Shown piece after piece: positions 12,755 to 26,300 of a stretch of DNA of 64,000 bases. Below the pieces are notes generated by a model. That model had not been told where the DNA came from. It did not search any database and was given only the letters and a program-made list of their open reading frames with translations. Source of the stretch: Eledone cirrhosa (taxonomy: Eukaryota); assembly GCA_964016885.1 (NCBI GenBank), contig OZ024747.1, forward strand, positions 68,510,001 through 68,574,000, given 5' to 3'. Numbering within the stretch: position 1 is the stretch's first letter; every line of letters begins with the position of its first letter. The position numbers and the translations under genes were made by a program.

Positions 12755-13113
12755 ACACCACCATCACCACCACTACCAGCACCACACCACCACCATTACC
12801 ACACCACCACCACCATACTACTACCACCACTACCAGCACCAACACCACCACCACTACCACACCACCACCACCATACTACTACCAGCACCAACACCACCAC
12901 CACTACCACACCACCACTACCATACTACTACCACCACTACCAGCACCAACACCACCACCACTACCACACCACCACCACCATACTACTACCAGCACCAACA
13001 CCACCACCACTACCACACCACCACCACCATACTACTACCAGCACCAACACCACCACCACTACCACACCACCACCACCATACTACTACCACCACTACCAGC
13101 ACCAACACCACCA
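12755..13113. repeat. CAC/ACC-rich minisatellite (~45-54-bp unit ...TACCAGCACCAACACCACCACCACTACCACACC...)
   Basis: Read directly from the sequence. Confidence 0.85.
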
Positions 13114-13207
13114 CAGAAGCAAACTGAAAATCAAAAAACTACAAAAAACCTTTATGGTTCTATATATGGTATATATATATATGTATATATATATACTCTT
13201 TCACTAC

Positions 13208-13253
<46 letters not shown>

Positions 13254-13343
13254 AGAAGTTATATTTAAATTGTTGGGATACAACAAGCAAATATTTTTAT
13301 AACTGATATAAAGCACTCAACAAATTTTTGGAGTAAACATACA

Positions 13344-13686
13344 ATATATTAACAAATGGAAACTATATTTATAAAACCATATTTATTTCATTATACATAT
13401 TTCAAGGACATCAAAGCAAATTATGGTGCGCTTTCATCAGATAAAATATAATATAGAACTGTTTTATAAACAAATATTGACATACCCTTAAAGAATGCGA
13501 CCATGTCCGGGAGCTTCCAACCGACATGGTCGCATTCTTTAAGAGTATGTCAATATTTGTTTATAAAACAGTTCTATATTATATTTTATCTGATGAAAGC
13601 GCACCATAATTTGCTTTGGTGTCCTTGAAATATGTATAATGAAATAAATATGGTTTTATAAATATAGTTTCCATTTGTTAATATAT
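13344..13686. repeat. Near-perfect long inverted repeat (arms ~164 bp, 15-bp spacer) carrying a hammerhead motif in each arm
   Basis: 13344-13507 is the reverse complement of 13523-13686, with about two mismatches. Confidence 0.9.
13582..13646 (+). ncRNA. Minimal type I hammerhead ribozyme motif (mirror copy on minus strand at 13384-13448)
   Basis: Stem I TATTTTAT/ATGAAATA, CTGATGA 13590-13596, stem II AAG.GCACC/GGTGT.CTT, GAAA 13627-13630, self-complementary ATATGTAT, triplet ATA. Confidence 0.6.
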
Positions 13687-13715
13687 CGTATATTTATATA
13701 TATATATATATCGTA

Positions 13716-13777
<62 letters not shown>

Positions 13778-13820
13778 TATAAGCAATGTTGTCTCTGATC
13801 GAGATGAAGCAAATGTGTAT

Positions 13821-13986
13821 TTTAATACATATAAAAATGAGGAAACTCATCATTAGAACAGCTAAATGCTGTCAAAGGCAGCAGTGGACAAAGATAGAGG
13901 ACAGACCATATGCCAGTAGTCAAGAGACACATTCCACCTTGTCGATTGTTCCAGTGGTGAGTTTTCTCATTTTTATATGTATTAAA
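13821..13986. mobile_element. Small fold-back / MITE-like element with ~40-bp inverted ends
   Basis: tttaatacatataaaaatgaggaaactcatcattagaaca ... tgttccagtggtgagttttctcatttttatatgtattaaa. Confidence 0.6.
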
Positions 13987-14394
13987 CTCTCCTATATGAG
14001 CAAAACACGGTCACTCGACCCAACTTGCCTCTAAATGGAACAAACCCGTCTAACCCATGCTAGCGTGGAAGATAGACGTTAATTGATGATGATGATGATG
14101 ATGATGTGTGTGTGTGTGTGTGTGAAACACTACACATTATGTGTATGTAAATGGTAAATAATATATATATATTACTGGTGACTTGGTAGTGTATTGATTA
14201 TAAAGGTGAAGATAGCATTTGGGTCTCAGTAATAATTTGAACTCATAATTTGATTTCTTGACTTAATTTAATACGACGTGATACATAATTTCTCTTAGCT
14301 GACATCACCAGTAGCAGCAACAATAAAATTATTTTCTGTGCACACACACACAGGTATTTGTATTTGTTTTAATAGATATGTATAAGGGCAATAT

Positions 14395-14700
14395 AGGCAG
14401 TGAAATGGCAGAGTCGTTAGAACGTCAGATAGGATGTTTTATGGCATTCGTTGTGGCTCTCTGCTCGCTGAGTTCAAATCCCGCCAAGGTCAACTTTGCC
14501 TTTCATCCGTTCGAGATCGATAAAAAAAGTACCGGTCTAATACTGAGGTGGATTCTTCCGTTATATCTCTTTCTCACTTTCTATCTGTCTCTGGAAGAAA
14601 TCTGCTGTACTCAGGTTTGGAGAGGGATGGGCTCCGCCAAGCTTAAAATGACCAAGAACCGCTGTATGACAATACAGTGCCGCTACGACTCAGGAGTTAC
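14395..14700 (+). mobile_element. tRNA-derived SINE family A with extended 3' region (related copy 27635-27950)
   Basis: A-box-like tggcagagtcgttag, B-box-like gagttcaaatccc, then ggtcaactttgcctttcatcc. The downstream tctctggaagaa...ggagttac segment is shared with the 27635 copy. Confidence 0.7.
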
Positions 14701-14959
14701 AGGACCATACATACAGAAGGGAAATGGTTTGGCAGAATTAAACAACATGTATTTGGTTAGTACTCTTTATGTTCTGAGTTCAAATCCTGCTGCGGTCAAC
14801 TTAACCTTTCATCTTTATAAGGTTTATAAAATAAAGTAGCAATTAAACAAACCTGACAGGATGACCAGGAGTGAAATGTACTTCTCTATAATTGATCCCA
14901 CCACCATCACCACCCTACCCCATATCATAAATTAATATAAATAAAACAATAACATAATC

Positions 14960-15325
14960 CGTTTTTGAATTTGTTTTGCGAGATCTCTAAAACATGTGTT
15001 GAAACAGATATTGTTATATTTTGGGAGGGTCATGCTGCCAATAAAAACACAGGCACCTGTTGGTTTTCATTTTAATATATTATAAGTTTCCGGCTGGTTG
15101 ATTGGTTGGTTGGTTGGATAACCGGAAGGCTGTTTATATATTGTCAAAGCTCTTTTGTCATACATTCTGTGACCTCCTCAGTGACTAGGTTTTTATTTTG
15201 TGTGTCTCTCCTTTATTCTCTCACCATCTTGTTTTTGTGTGTTGTGTGCTTAGTTTTCGCATGCATTACATCCGGGTGTGTGTGTGTTTTTTTATTTATT
15301 TATTTATGTGTTAATATATACTAAT
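14960..15325 (+). mobile_element. Solo terminal repeat (pLTR-like) of the PLE family at 45970-47260
   Basis: Matches 45970-46270 in the same orientation and 47150-47255 inverted. Confidence 0.7.
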
Positions 15326-15467
15326 TTATTCTAGATTCTGAAATTTTGAAATGGAGAACTCCCAAATTGCTGTCTCCACATAAACTCAGCAAGATGTAAC
15401 CCAAACCTTAAATCTTCTATCATAGAAATTCAAATTACTATTCTGCAAACATTATTTTAATGTTTTG

Positions 15468-15770
15468 CTGGATTGGCAGTATCGGTAGAGGGTCGGACGC
15501 CATGTTTTCCAGCATAGTTACGTCCCTTTACGATCTGAGTTCAAATCCCGTCGAGGTTAACTTTGCCTTTCATCCTTACCGGGTCGATAAAATAAAGTAC
15601 CAGTAATGTATTGAGTAATTGCTGGCCTTGTGCCTAAAGTAGAAACAATTATTTTAATGAAGGCTGAGGTCAACTTTGCCTTTCATCCTTACGGGGTCGA
15701 TAAAATAAAGTACCAGTAATGCACTGGGGTAATTGTTGGCCCTGTGCCAAATGTAGAAACAATTATTTTA
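15468..15770 (+). mobile_element. SINE family A plus tandem 3'-half duplicate
   Basis: ttggcagtatcggtagagggtcggacg...gagttcaaatcccg...gccttgtgcctaaagtagaaacaatt; the 3' half is repeated at 15664-15770. Confidence 0.8.
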
Positions 15771-17194
15771 ATGAAGGCCCAAAAATAAGTATTAATTATA
15801 GGAGGGAAGGAGCTATTCTGGAAAAGTGCCAGACTGGAATGTCTTTATCACAGCTGAACTACAGCTAAACACCAATAACTACTTCACTACCAACCATTTC
15901 TTAACTTCAGTCTTCTTTGTTTTAATGTGTCTATCTGTCTACCATTCACATTTGACATTGCAGGGGGCAATATGTTTACATTATAAACAGAGATCTCATT
16001 GCTCAGCAGTTAGAAGTTCAAAGATCCTATACCTTACTTTACATGTTTCATGAATATGAGGTCATTGATGTTGTCCCAAGTAGTCACGGTAGGCCAAAAG
16101 TTATAAGTAATTTTCAATAGGGTGATTCTTTCCATCCACCCTGTATATATATATATACATGAAAATCCTTTTTGTATCTATCATTATTTTGTTGTATGTG
16201 TAGTTTGTGCCTTCGGTCGGTTCGTTTGATGTCACATTATATACCTAGTGTTTAACTCTGGACGTAATGTTTGTTTTTAACTTTCGATCCATCGGGTGCT
16301 TTGTGATTGCTTTAAACAAATCGAATAGTACTTGCTGTACTGTAGCAAATATTATATATATATATATATATAGGAAAAGAGTCAAGACCCCGATGGCTGA
16401 GCTCCAGCCGTTTCGACAGCTAAATCCGAACTCAAGTTTTCCTATTACCCACTCTACTACCCTAAGTATCGAGTACTCTGGTGCGTTATGGTCTACCTGG
16501 TATCTTACCACACCTTCTTTGTTATATATATATGATGTTATATCATGTCACCATGTGTGTGTGATGTTTTTCTAATTCATTGTTTTGATTTGTTGCAATT
16601 TTCAGTTAAACATGACAAGATATTTTGAGCTTTTTTGTTATATTTTTCATTTCTTTAGAACTGGTCACCTCCAGACAGTGAAGAATTACAAGTGTTTGAA
16701 AGACCCCCATCTACACCTTATCTTTCCTAATGGCTTCATTAATTATATAAGAGCTATCTCAAGTATTCCAGTTTCTTTTTTTATTATTATAAATAATAGA
16801 TAAAGAGACTTTTAAATAAATGGTACATTTCTATTCCATTGGTTTAATTAGATGGAAAGAGGTTTTAGTATCTAGGTTTGGTTCAGGGTTCAAGTGTCTA
16901 CCAAACTTGACTTTAGCTTCCATCTCTTTCTGGGCCCCAATAAGGCCCAGAAATATATTAAAGCTGATCGAAGCTATACGCCATGCTCTAAAGAAACTGG
17001 GTTTGATCCTGTATCACTTTTGATACCAAACTGCATGAAACCACCCATGGTTCCATGAGACAAAACTGTTTTAAAGAGTTTATATTTATCTAAAAACCTT
17101 CCCTCATAATTTTATGTAAACAAAAAAAAACTTTGTTAGGTTATTCTCCAAACACCCAGCTTAATAGTGAGAGTTATATTGCTAAATACCTCCA

Positions 17195-18255
17195 AAGCAG
17201 GGCTCAGTCCTGTCCCTTTTTGTTTATTATAGTTTCCCAGACACAGGATTTTAAAACTGACTGACCATGGGAACTTCTGTATGCTGAAGACCTAGTACCT
17301 ATAGACAAATCAGTGGAACTGTTGGAGAAAAAATTCCAGATGTGAAAACAAAACCTAGAATTGAAAAGCCTAAAAACAAACTTAGCAAAAATCAGTCTTA
17401 ATAAGTAGGAAAGAAGGCAAAATCATGCTAAAATTAGGAAATGGCCATGCTTAATTTGCAGAAAAGTAGAATTTAAAAACTCTATTCAGTGCATCCAGTG
17501 TAAATTTTCAATACATAAGATATGAAACAGGATCACTGAGATGCTAACAGACTTTGTATGTGGCAGATGCACAGGGGATGTTAGTAGTAACAGCACCAAT
17601 GAATTAAACTCTTTTCAATCCCAGGAAAGTACCATAGAAGTAGTTGATAACTTCTGTTACCTAAGTGACCTAATTAGCAGATGAGGAGGTTGCTCTGAAC
17701 ACAATGTAGCTAGAATTAGAACAAACTAGAAACTGTTAAAAGGGCTACTAGTTCTGTTGACAATAGAGGGACTCTCTCACTCTGAGCAAAGTGTAATACT
17801 ACTGTATGGTAGTAAGACATGAGTATTGAATGCAGATATTTGAAGGTAAGAAAAAAATCAGGTGAACATGGTATGCTGGATGTGAAATGCTAGTCTAACC
17901 CATGCTAGCGTGGAAGAACGGACGTAAAACAGTGATTATGATGATGATGATGAAGAAGCACAGACAAGTTGAATGAAAAGTGGGTTTATGGGGAATCAAA
18001 TGTGTGAAAAAGAGAAGACTGCACTGGTATGAATATGTGATGCATATGAATAATGATCATTGAGTGAAGAAGTGCTAGGAGCTTTAGGTAGAATGTAGAT
18101 GTAGGAGAAGAGGGCTGAGGAAAACTTGGGCAAAAGTGGTAAGAGCTGGTCTAAGAAGAGATGACAAAAGACTGTGACAGGTGGAGGAAAGCTGTGTTGG
18201 AGAAGACCCATTTGATCATACAAGCATTGAAAAATGGATATAAAAATGATGATCA
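17195..18255 (+). mobile_element. Degenerate RTE-like LINE reverse-transcriptase fragment
   Basis: QGSVLSP-like (cagggctcagtcctgtccc), PWELLYAEDL, VVDNFCYL and LYGS remnants, many stops, and a (GAT)n-type tail. Confidence 0.7.
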
Positions 18256-19072
18256 TGCAGCTAGCAGTAAAGACATACATTTGACCTCTTCTGAGACAAT
18301 GGGGGGGGGGGGGTAAATAGTCATTCAACACGCTTGAAATAGCAGCTAAATCTCCCTCAAAATCATACACTAGTATTTTCAAATGGAAGGCCACATTAGT
18401 TAATGCAATCCTAGATATTCTTTAAAAATAGGCAGGAGAGCCTTACTTGGAAAGTCTTTTGATTATAGTTATTCAATGAGAACTGACTTGAGGTCTAAAC
18501 AACAATGAAACCTTGTTATTGTGTGGAGTATAATTATAAAAAATGTATTAAGATAATTTCCTTGATAACACATAATCTATGTTATTTTAACTTTTGAATA
18601 CCCTGCAATGATTTAGCAGAAAATATCTAAAAACAGGTTTACTGGTAAATAGATCATTGTTAAAATGTTCAATATTAGGGTAAACACTTCAATTTTTTGT
18701 ACATTCTATGACTGTGTTGTTAATGAGATACAAGACATTAAGAGTAGATGTTATTAACCTAAACTAACTTGTTTAACTCTTAGAGCTATTTTCTTGGAGT
18801 TACCTATCACTCTAATTAAGGGAACCTCTACATGGTCATTTGATGTGCTACAGATAGCAGTCCAACAACCTCAAATTATACCCTACTATCTTTAAAAAGG
18901 AAAGGCCATAGACAATGTAGTCGTAGTTATATAAATAAGATAGGATAATCAAGGTTGAAATGTTATACTAAGTCACCTCTATCAGGTTTGATCTGCGATG
19001 AAATTAAAAACAACCAATGTTGTTAGGGGAGATAATTTAGGATGGCATAAAAAAAGTATCAATTTTTATTAA

Positions 19073-19293
19073 CCCTTTAGCATTTACATTACTCTATATT
19101 TACTATTGTATTTTGATGGTAAAGGCTTTACTTCACATAATAATCTCACCTAATATCGAATCTATGAGATTTTGATGTTATTTATTTTAAGAACAATATC
19201 TTAACATCAGTATGAGTGGCCAGTTGCAGCCGGTTTGAACAGAAAGAGGTGAGATAATTCTGGTTGGATACAGCCGGTTTAAATGCTAAAGGG
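19073..19293. mobile_element. piggyBac-like MITE (complete reference copy)
   Basis: TTAA TSD with TIRs CCCTTTAGCATTTA/TAAATGCTAAAGGG. Confidence 0.85.
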
Positions 19294-20302
19294 TTAAACA
19301 ACTCTGATACAAATATGCATAACAACATTATTTTACACCAGCTTTCCATGCTGGCCTGAGCTGGCAAGGTTGCTGCAGTCCAAGTCAGCTCTAATTCCGA
19401 ATTACTGCCTTCCTGCATATATACGCCTGCACTCAAATATAAGAAAAACTGAAGAAAATGAATATATATTCAAAATAACTTCAAATGAACAACAAAAGAT
19501 TGGGTTTTTTTCAGTTCAAAATTGTTTGTTTTATTAAAAAAAATATTTGTAAATATTTGAAAATATTTTGTACTGACATAATGTAAGAAGTTAGCACATT
19601 AGTGTTCAGTCTTCAATAAGAATTAATGAAATGAAATAAATGATAGATTGAAGGCTGAAATAATTTATATGAATTTCTAAAAGAGTTGACTGCCCTTTCT
19701 TGATTATTTCACAGTATAATCTAACATTTCTGATATATATATAACAGGCATTTTATATATAAGCAGGATCTTGAAATTCATTTTTTCAAGCTGTTGAGTT
19801 ACAGATATGTTCTCTAAGAGTTTCTTTGAAATTATCACCACTGAAACAACTAAATTTTATATCAAATGTTCAAACATTCCAAATTGTTAGGAGGGTTTAA
19901 GTCTGTTGATATGTATGACAGCTATTTCTTTCTGCTTGCATGGGTGAGATGTTTAATGTTGATGCTCTTCCTTCTAACCACTCAATTAAGTAGTGGGAGT
20001 GGAAATTTTTAATCAATCAAGCAGAGTTTAGTTGTTTTTTTCTGTTTTTTCATCAAGAGCCCAATATAATGGTTGTTGTAAGGCAGGAATCCAGGGGCTG
20101 TGATGGTCAGGTTACTAGTAAGTAAACTCCACAGCTATCATACCCCAAGTATGTATGCATTAACAGAGCTAGTTGCATATGTGAGAATGTTTCAAACTTA
20201 CAATAGATGGTTAAGTCTGTAACTGTGAATAAATGATTGAAACATAATTTGACAAATACTGGCAACCTGTTTATCCCACCTGAATGGAAGTATTTCATTT
20301 CT

Positions 20303-20352
20303 TCAAGCTATTTCACCAAGGTAGATTTTCTTATCACTTGAACAAGACATAA
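20303..20352 (-). CDS. SNRNP40: SNRNP40 exon 8 (terminal)
   Basis: VMSCSSDKKIYLGEIA followed by TGA; acceptor TTTTCAG. Confidence 0.92.
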
Positions 20353-23300
20353 CTGAAAAGAAAGACATAGACATATATATGTATGTGTGTGAATAAGTTA
20401 AAGCTGGATCTCTGGCATTATGCAGTAATACAGAAGACCCACCTTCCAATGGACACAGGCTGAAGCTGAAGCATACACATATGCACCATCCCCACCTCAC
20501 CTTCCCATACATCTCTCATAAGGACAGGTTGTAGCATACATCCAGTGAAGCCTCCAGCCCACATTGTAAAGTGGTCGTGATAGTGACATGACAAAAATCA
20601 CCCAGCCCACACAGTAAAGTAGTTGTGATCGCAACACGGCTAAAAAGCAAAAAAGCTGGTTCAAATGCTAAAGGATTAAGTGCACTGAAGATTAATATGT
20701 ATTGCCAAGAATATGAAAAAAATAAATCCAAACATCCAGTCATCAGAGTATGCAACAATTTTAATAACCACACAAGGAACTGCGTGTCACATGTCATCTT
20801 CCACAAAATAAAAAAATGAAATACAATAAACACATACTTACCAATAGGTTCATGAGGATGAAAGTCTACTTCATTGACAGAACCAGTGTGACCTGGCAAT
20901 TTGTACAAAATCTGTCGTGATGCTGTATCCCAAATATAGACAAATCGGTCACCAGAACCAGCAGAGATCTTACGGCCATCAGATGACCAAGAACATCGTA
21001 ATAAGTTCTGTAATGAATGAAAAATATTATTACAGCTGATATTGAACCATACTTTTACCATATACAATATGCTAAGAAATAGAATGGATAATTCTAATTA
21101 AATGTAGTAGTAGATTATTCTTCAGCTAATATATATATAATTTTTCAAACAGGTTTCAATATTACTTTGGTAACTCCTTTGGTGCAGATAAAGATAAAAA
21201 AATATCCACCCAAACATGGGTTGCAAAAGAACTGGAAACAGTCATGCAGACATCAAAGATATATAACATTATCCAGAGAAGGTGCTGGATATATGGGTTG
21301 CTTCAAAATATATGATCAACTATATCCATGCCATATGTCTGTTTAAATACAGATCAGTCTATTTATGGGCCCTTTATAGCAATAATGAATATACCTTTCC
21401 TATATGTCTACTTACTGAGGACATCAACAATATCATGATGATGACAGGCCTAGCTAAGGTTGAATTTCAGAAATCAAATGAAAATGTAGATTTAAAAACA
21501 GAAAATTTAATTTGTCACACAAATCACAATCAACTCTGTCGAAATGGCCAGCAAACATTCTTTAGATGGTGAAAAGATCTGATTCACCATCTGTTCACAT
21601 AACAGCATTGGAAGGCCTGCTACAGTTTCTCAAAACCAGTTGTAGGACCACTTTAGAATTGCAAATATTAGGTTTTAACTCTTTTGATACCAAACACACC
21701 CTTGGTTCTATTGATACAAAGCTGTTTATTTTAAAGTATTTATATTTATCCGAAAACCTTCCATCATAGTCATATGTAAAAACCTTTATGTGATGCTCTA
21801 AACATTAGATAAATAATGAGAAAGTTAGTTATATTACTAAATCGTCATGAACTTAAATTGCTGGAGTTCACTTTCTGAAGCCAAAATCGACCCTCATGGG
21901 ATTTGAAATATAAAATTTGAGGCACACCACAATGCAAAGTTTTATTCCATTTTTGGCATGGTTACTCTATAATAATAGTGATGATGATATTGTTGATCTA
22001 ACTTCTATAATATAAAACTCCTTAATATCTAGAAATACTATGAACTATGTAATAATAATCTAATAATACTTGATGTCAATATAGAAATAGAAACTCACTT
22101 TCTCAAAGCTATGTTGATGTCCCTGAAACAATTTCAGACATCGTTCCTGGGGTGCAAATGGTCGTACATCCCAAATTCTCACTGAAAATTAACGAAAAGA
22201 ATCATAAATCAATAGAAAAGATTTTTAAAAAAGCATATACAGATTTCTTACCTACTTGCTTTAAATAAGAAGAATGGGGAGACATGACAAATAAAGATGA
22301 ATTAGGCACCTTGGATTTAACTTTCTAGGGAAAAGCAGTAAACTAGAAAACAATCCATAGAAATAGTTAACCAAAGAATGTTATACTACCACCAACGTCT
22401 GAAGATTTTGGTGAAATTACAGTAGGAAGTGTTAAGTAGTAACATATTGGTGAGGAGCTAAACTATTCAATGAAAATTCATTGAAAACTGAAGACGTTTT
22501 AATACATAAGACTGTTACTAAAGTGAGATTAGCTTTCAAAAAAGCTAATTATATTGGATCAAGTTAATTTTCTAGATTTCTAAAATCTACCCAGATTATG
22601 ATATATGGAAAGATGCTTAAAAATCAAAAAAAGTATTAGATCCAAAACTAGAAAATTTGAAAACCCACAAAATAAATGAAACTGAATATATAAACTATCT
22701 ACGGAACCAAAAATAAGACTTTCGGCTAGTGGTTCCCAAATCTGTTTTACTCACAGCACACTTTAGAACAAGAAAAATATTTTGGCACACTTTGTGGCTA
22801 AATTTGAAAATTTATTCAGGAGTTATTTAAAGTAGAAATATAAATAATCAAAAATACATTATTTGTACTTCCTTCTTTAGTCACACTCTTACCATCCCCT
22901 TTCCAGCATGACAGACATTTTACATGACATGTACTCTTGCCTCAAGTGGGAAAACCCCCGTCCAAACCCATGCAAGCGTGGAACACGGACGCTAAACCTG
23001 ATGATGATGATGATGATGATGTACAAAGGCTTTAATATAATAAATAGATACTGCACCTCTTTCAAACAAACTATTTTAAAAATGAAAGTAAAATACTTAC
23101 AGGTACCATCCATACCATTGGATAACAAGTAAGAACCATCAGGACTTAGTTCCAGACCTGTTGGCGTATCTGTATGACCTCGTAAACGATATAAAATATC
23201 ATTTTTCCTTAAATCCCAAACTTTGATGTCGTTATCAATACCACCAGAAATGATTTGCTCAGCAGTGTCACTAAATGTCACAGAAGTCACTTGATAAACA

Positions 23301-26300
23301 TTCTGGAAAGTCTGTACAGCTCCTCTCTTCCGAGAATCCCACAACTGAAATATAAATAGCAGTAGAATTAGACATTTTTGTATGCCTGTCACACAAAAGT
23401 ATTTAACCCTTCCCATACCAAACAATCCCTGGTTCTGCAATACTCAATTGTTTGTTTTAATGTGTTTACATTTATCTTTAAAAAAACATTCTATCATAAT
23501 TTTATGTAAGAACCATTGTTAAGTTATGTTCCAAACACCAGCTTAATGAAAAAGTTTCATTTTTAACCCTCCTTTATACCAATACAGCCCAAACCATCTC
23601 TTGTTCTATGAAATAAAACCACCCATTTTAAAGGCTTTCTATTTCAATTAAAATCTTCCAACATAATTTTATGTAAGAACCATATGTTAAGTTACTTAGT
23701 AATGAAATAATAGTGTTAATAAATCCCTGAAAATTCTTCATTAACTGAAATAGTGTGTATTTCATTAGAAATATTGTCACAAAAGAGTTATATACCTTCA
23801 ATTATTTTCTAAATATATAGAGCGTCTTTAATTTTCTAAACAATAAGACAGTAATGGGTAGCAAAACTAAATTCCTTATAGTATTTAGGAGGCACATGGC
23901 TTAGTGGTTAGAGCATTGGCCTTGCAATCGAAAGGTTGTGAGTTCAATTCTCAGACCGGGTGATGTGTTGTTTCCTTGAGCAAGACACTTTATTTCACAT
24001 TGCTCCAGTTTACTCAGCTGTAGAAATGAGATGATAGGGACTGGGGTCCCTATCATTCCACTGCAAAGTGGTCGTCGTGGTGCCATGGCAAAAAAAGCAC
24101 CCAGCACTCACTGTAAATGAGGTTGGTGTTAGGAAGGGCATCCAGCTGTAGAAATCAAGCCAGAATCAGTTCCCGTCCCACCCTTGCAAGCAGGGAAAAG
24201 TGGACGTAAAATGAAATGAAATGATGAATTTAGTATCTATATTCAAAACGTTTGAGAATAATCAACACATCAAATTCCCTGTAGTCTAGTCAGCAGTACA
24301 TTCCATCATGGTTCATATTTTCAATTTATGCGAACTTCTTCTTGAGAGGATTGTTGGGGTAGAGTCCTCAAACACACCTTCCAGCAGGTCCTGTGAGAAG
24401 CAACCATCTCCAACTGATCCGGCTGGATCTCCAAGTGAGACCAGCCAAGCTCGTGGAAGAGTTTGGCTGGTTTCACTTAGTTTCAATTGATCATGTCATA
24501 ATATATTTTCCAAATCTAAATCCAGGGTCTTCTCACTCATGTTGGAGGAACCCCTACCTAGTTGACCTCCACCACTTCCTATCTCTGGTCATACTGGGTC
24601 ATGTGGGACCAAGGTATATATCATAAATCTCCACCATTATGATAAATTATGAGTAAATAAGAGACACAAACCTTGATAGTACCATCATCTGCTCCACTAC
24701 ATATTAGCTGTGGTCCACGGCGTGCAGGACAACAAGAGTTTATAAAGTCTTGATGCCCTTTCAGTTTCTTTATACGTGCACCAGCTTCTACATCCCAGAT
24801 GGCAAGGTTCTTATCTGTTGATGCTGTAAAGAGTTGACTGCAAAATAAATAGATTCAATATTTAATAATCACTGGTTCACTATATTTGCCAATGGAATAC
24901 AAGTAAATTGGGTCTGACTGGGTTTGATTAAAGTTACTTTCAGAAACACTGATAAATTTTTAAAAAATAAATTCACGAGCTGTTTATGATACTAAGATAG
25001 CTAGAGAAATACGAAATGATTGATGCTGCAAATTGAGTTTTTCCCCATTATTAGTGGTGCTGTATACTTCTTTGATTAACTCATTTAACACTTGCTATAA
25101 ATAGGTACAAATAAGATAGGTGATTCTTTTATATACCTTCCAAAAGAAAAACAAAAAAACATCTGCTAGCCTTGGACCTCTGTCCCCCTATTGTTTCAGG
25201 CTGATTCAATTTGGATTCAAGTCGTGGTTAAATGAAAGCTGTTGTTTAACAACCATAGTGTCACACTCACCATTAGTTTGATATTTTACTTATTTAATAG
25301 ACTCTCTATGATAAATATTGACACAAATAGCAGTCCACATAGCAAATATTTCACTAAAGAGCAGATAAAAGAAGGATAGAAATAAATTCATCTGAATTTT
25401 TAAGCATCAACTATAATCATTCACACACTTAACAATAATTTTATAGCAGCTCCATAATTTAGTGAAAGAAATCTAATTGCACTTACCTGCCATCTGTGGA
25501 AAAATGTAACTCCATGACAGCTCCAGTATGGCCCCGCAACACACCAAGGTTGTCACACTCTCCATAAACATTCCAAAAAACTACATTGAAGAAAATTACA
25601 AATATTTTCATAGAAATCTAATAATAGAATAAGTTCAAATACAAATAGAATAAAAGAACTACAACTAAAATTTGATGAAAATATAGAATCTTAATGCAAA
25701 TATTATCTTCAAATTTACATTAATATACTATAGTATTTCTTAAATTCAATCTCACATCATTCGTTTCAAAGTCTTAATATTATCTGATGCATGTTGCATT
25801 TTTAATCAGTAACAATAAAGCTACCTACATAAAAGTGTTTTTTTTTAAAATGACATTCAAGGAAGGAATGAAAGTAAGTCCTGAAAAGGCTGAGGCACTT
25901 GTCCTATCAAGGAAGCCTGCACAGTGCACTCTACATGTGAGTGGAGTTCCACTAAAGCAGGTGGAGAAGTTCAAGTATCTCAGGGCCATGTTCATGAGTA
26001 ATGGGAAGCAAGAGGCTGAATTAACCCTTTAGCATTTAAACTGGCCATATCCAGCCAAAATTCTCTCACTTCTTTCTGTTCAATCCGGCCACTCATACTG
26101 ACATTAAGGTATTGTTCTCAAAATAAATAATAATGTCATCAAAATCTCATAGATTTCATATTGTGTGAGATAAAGCCTTTACCATGAAAATAGAACAGTA
26201 GAGTAATATAAAGGCTAAAGGGTTAAACGTGATTCTTTCCTGAAACATTCTAACCATATGTCCGTAATATCAGAGCTGTAATCTCTCAATTTGGAGAAGT

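Noticed and set aside
23890-23965. tRNA-like sequence (A and B boxes; also at 29846, 31128, 32518, 40223)
   Set aside because: No complete acceptor stem, and each continues into a shared SINE body and tail, so these are SINE heads rather than tRNA genes.
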